A stretch of DNA of 64,000 bases, taken from the NCBI GenBank assembly GCA_963730935.1, contig CAVSTP010000002.1, positions 416,001 to 480,000 of the forward strand. The letters are read 5' to 3'. The notes under the pieces are model-generated. The model saw only the letters and a program-made list of their open reading frames with translations, was not told where the DNA came from and made no database searches. A program made the translations under genes and the position numbers. Source of the stretch: an uncultured Nitrospiraceae bacterium (GTDB taxonomy: Bacteria > Nitrospirota > Nitrospiria > Nitrospirales > Nitrospiraceae). Positions 61,868 to 64,000 of the stretch are shown here, piece after piece (within the stretch, counting starts at the first letter, position 1; each line of letters starts with the position of its first letter).

Positions 61868-63157
61868 ATGCCAGAAGTCTATAACTGGCAACTGGGACGG
61901 AAGATGCTGTATCCCTACGAGGAGCGGCATCCGAAGTGGCAGTTTGCCTTTGTGTTCAACATCAATCGGTGCTTGGCCTGTCAGACCTGCAGCATGGCTG
62001 ACAAGTCGACCTGGCTCTTCTCGAAGGGGCAGGAGTACATGTGGTGGAACAACGTGGAGACCAAGCCCTACGGCGGGTATCCGCAGTTCTACGACGTGAA
62101 GATCACGCAGTTGGTCGAGCAGGTGAACCCGGGCGGGCAGGTGTGGAACGTGCGGGTCGGCCGCAAGCACCATGCGCCCTACGGGGTGTTCGAAGGGATG
62201 ACCATTTTCGACGCCGGCGCCAAGGTGGGCCAGGCGGCGATCGGCTATATCCCGACGGACCAGGAATGGCGGTTCGTCAACATCTACGAGGACACCGCGA
62301 CCTCGATGCGCTCCCTGGTGGAGGGCATCGATAAGTCCGGCTTCTCGCGGGATGAACCGTGGCGCCTCACCGGCAGCAGCCTGCCGGAGCATGAGACGTT
62401 CTTCTTCTACCTGCAGCGGATCTGCAACCACTGTACGTACCCGGGCTGCCTCGCGGCCTGTCCGCGCAAGGCGATCTACAAGCGGCCGGAAGACGGCATC
62501 GTGCTGATCGACCAGAACCGCTGCCGCGGGTACAAGAAGTGTGTGGAGCAATGTCCGTTCAAGAAGCCGATGTACCGGGGCACGACCCGGGTGTCGGAGA
62601 AGTGCATTGCGTGCTATCCGCGGATCGAGGGCAAGGATCCGCTGACGGGCGGCGAGCCGATGGAAACGCGCTGTATGGCGGCCTGCGTGGGGAAGATCCG
62701 CATGCAGAGCCTGGTGCGCATCGGCGAGGACGGCCTGTGGGCGGAGGATCGGTGGCACCCCCTGTACTACACCATTCGGGTGGAGCAGGTGGCGCTGCCC
62801 CTGTATCCGCAGTGGGGTACCGAGCCCAACGGCTTCTACATTCCGCCTCGGCACAGCCCGCGCGGCTATGCCCGGCAGATGTTTGGCCCGGGCGTCGACA
62901 ATGCGATCGAGAAGTACCTCGTGCCCAGCCGCGAACTGTTGGCGGTCCTCCAGCTGTGGAGAGCCAGCCAGCAGATCGTCTTCCGGTACGATGTCATTCC
63001 GGGCCCGAAAGTGTTCGAAACCCAGATCCACGGGAAGCGGTTCGAGATGTACAACGACACCGTGCTGGGCTTCAACAAGTCGGGTAAGGAAGTGGCGCGT
63101 ATCCAGGTCGAAGAGCCGATCTATGTGCGGCCGGCCGAGCGCGTGAACTGGCTGTAA
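61868..63157 (+). CDS. nxrB: Nitrite oxidoreductase beta subunit
   Basis: MPEVYNWQLGR; CLACQTCSMAD, CNHCTYPGCLAACP, CIACYP; no signal peptide. Confidence 0.97.
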   Translation: MPEVYNWQLGRKMLYPYEERHPKWQFAFVFNINRCLACQTCSMADKSTWLFSKGQEYMWWNNVETKPYGGYPQFYDVKITQLVEQVNPGGQVWNVRVGRKHHAPYGVFEGMTIFDAGAKVGQAAIGYIPTDQEWRFVNIYEDTATSMRSLVEGIDKSGFSRDEPWRLTGSSLPEHETFFFYLQRICNHCTYPGCLAACPRKAIYKRPEDGIVLIDQNRCRGYKKCVEQCPFKKPMYRGTTRVSEKCIACYPRIEGKDPLTGGEPMETRCMAACVGKIRMQSLVRIGEDGLWAEDRWHPLYYTIRVEQVALPLYPQWGTEPNGFYIPPRHSPRGYARQMFGPGVDNAIEKYLVPSRELLAVLQLWRASQQIVFRYDVIPGPKVFETQIHGKRFEMYNDTVLGFNKSGKEVARIQVEEPIYVRPAERVNWL

Positions 63158-63180
63158 TACGCAGCTAGGATCGCTTCACG

Positions 63181-63222
63181 GAGGGGCAGGGTTCCCGAAG
63201 GGACCCTGCCCCTTCTGTTTTT
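63181..63222 (+). terminator. Rho-independent terminator of nxrAB
   Basis: GGGGCAGGGTTCC-CGAA-GGGACCCTGCCCC followed by TTCTGTTTTT. Confidence 0.9.
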
Positions 63223-63262
63223 ACCGGTCTTTTGCCTCAGGGCCCATGCTGCTTCTGCGCGC

Positions 63263-63291
63263 TTGACGGGGTAGGGGGGGTCCAGTAGAGT
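63263..63291 (+). promoter_or_regulatory. Sigma-70 promoter
   Basis: TTGACG-17-TAGAGT. Confidence 0.6.
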
Positions 63292-63330
63292 TGTCCAATG
63301 TTTCACGGCTTTCCATGAGGTGCGGGCAGC

Positions 63331-63660
63331 GTGACCTCCGGTCAAGACCAGTCAATTCCATTTGCGGCACAGGCGATACCGTTCGACGAGTTCCTGGCCG
63401 TGGGGAAACTTCCCGAAGGGTACTTGACGAGTGAATATGTGGCGCAGCAATTCGTCGAGCGCCTCGTTCACTATATTCTCAGCGTGCCTTCGGGCAGCTA
63501 TACAATGGCCCAGCTCAGCCACCTGCTGGAACAGCTCGATCCGCGGACACAGGTCTTTTTCTTCAAGCGGTTGAAGGAAACCAGTCCGGACAGCTTGAAG
63601 GATTTTGCCCCACTCTATTATGGGTTTATGAATGAGTTCCACTCTCTCCTTTTTACATGA
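63331..63660 (+). CDS. Hypothetical helical protein downstream of nxrB
   Basis: GTG start, GAGGTG upstream, own promoter; 109 aa. Confidence 0.7.
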   Translation: MTSGQDQSIPFAAQAIPFDEFLAVGKLPEGYLTSEYVAQQFVERLVHYILSVPSGSYTMAQLSHLLEQLDPRTQVFFFKRLKETSPDSLKDFAPLYYGFMNEFHSLLFT

Positions 63661-63743
63661 GGCCCCGAAATTTCCCTTTGTCGCATCCCAATTCTCATGT
63701 ATAATTGGATACTCGCCTATCGTTCTGAATATAAAGGAGTTCT

Positions 63744-64000
63744 ATGAATTCGACTCTTCAGCGCGCTGTTACCAGCTTTTATAATTTGGTCTATGAAGCC
63801 CAGACCTTCGCCACGACCATGGCACGTATCGATACAGCAGAGCAGGAGCACTATGCCGGTCGGATCGAGGGCCTCAATTGGGTTTTGGATCGATGTCAGG
63901 AACTTGAGGACATGGACGCCAATCTGACCCCGTCATCGCTGCAGCGTGTCCTGACAGAGGTCAAATCGGACCTGGATCACGAATTATCGGTGCAGCGTCG
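63744..64000 (+). CDS. Hypothetical protein, truncated by the window end (absent from the ORF track)
   Basis: RBS AAGGAG; open frame MNSTLQRAVTSFYNLVYEAQTF...HYAGRIEGLNWVLDRCQEL... to the end. Confidence 0.75.
   Translation, partial: MNSTLQRAVTSFYNLVYEAQTFATTMARIDTAEQEHYAGRIEGLNWVLDRCQELEDMDANLTPSSLQRVLTEVKSDLDHELSVQR

Noticed and set aside
58371..63031. Long antisense and alternative-frame ORFs over nxrAB
   Set aside because: Expected from extreme GC3 bias; no RBS or domain evidence

Overview
Chromosomal window of a Nitrospira-like nitrite oxidiser, inferred from the periplasmic-type nxrAB at 58.3-63.2 kb. The first ~10 kb is signalling/accessory DNA: FN3 lipoprotein, REC-PAS-HisKA_3-REC hybrid kinase, lytic transglycosylase, PilZ, REC-GGDEF, beta-helix protein, CpoB. 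Next come anmK, a Zn/Mn ABC transporter, rluD, an F1-only atpHAGDC operon, mnmA, two bactofilins, parAB with two perfect parS sites and rsmG-mnmG-mnmE-yidC-yidD-rnpA-rpmH, with no dnaA beside rpmH. These are followed by a four-gene lipoprotein/L,D-transpeptidase operon, pgl-glk-rpiA, an M1 peptidase, a PQQ sugar dehydrogenase, ybbP/ybbA/tesA, moxR-DUF58-transglutaminase, tRNA-Gly, nxrAB and two hypotheticals. Best candidates for new biology: (i) a putative Lpp-analogue envelope-tethering operon (Lys-ended helical lipoprotein + DpaA/YafK-like + ErfK-like + catalytically dead YkuD-like protein); (ii) a set of sigma-54 promoters in front of envelope/shape genes and nxrAB; (iii) a 59-aa zinc-ribbon gene missed by the ORF track. 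No CRISPR array or mobile element was seen. All family calls come from motif recognition by eye, not from database searches.
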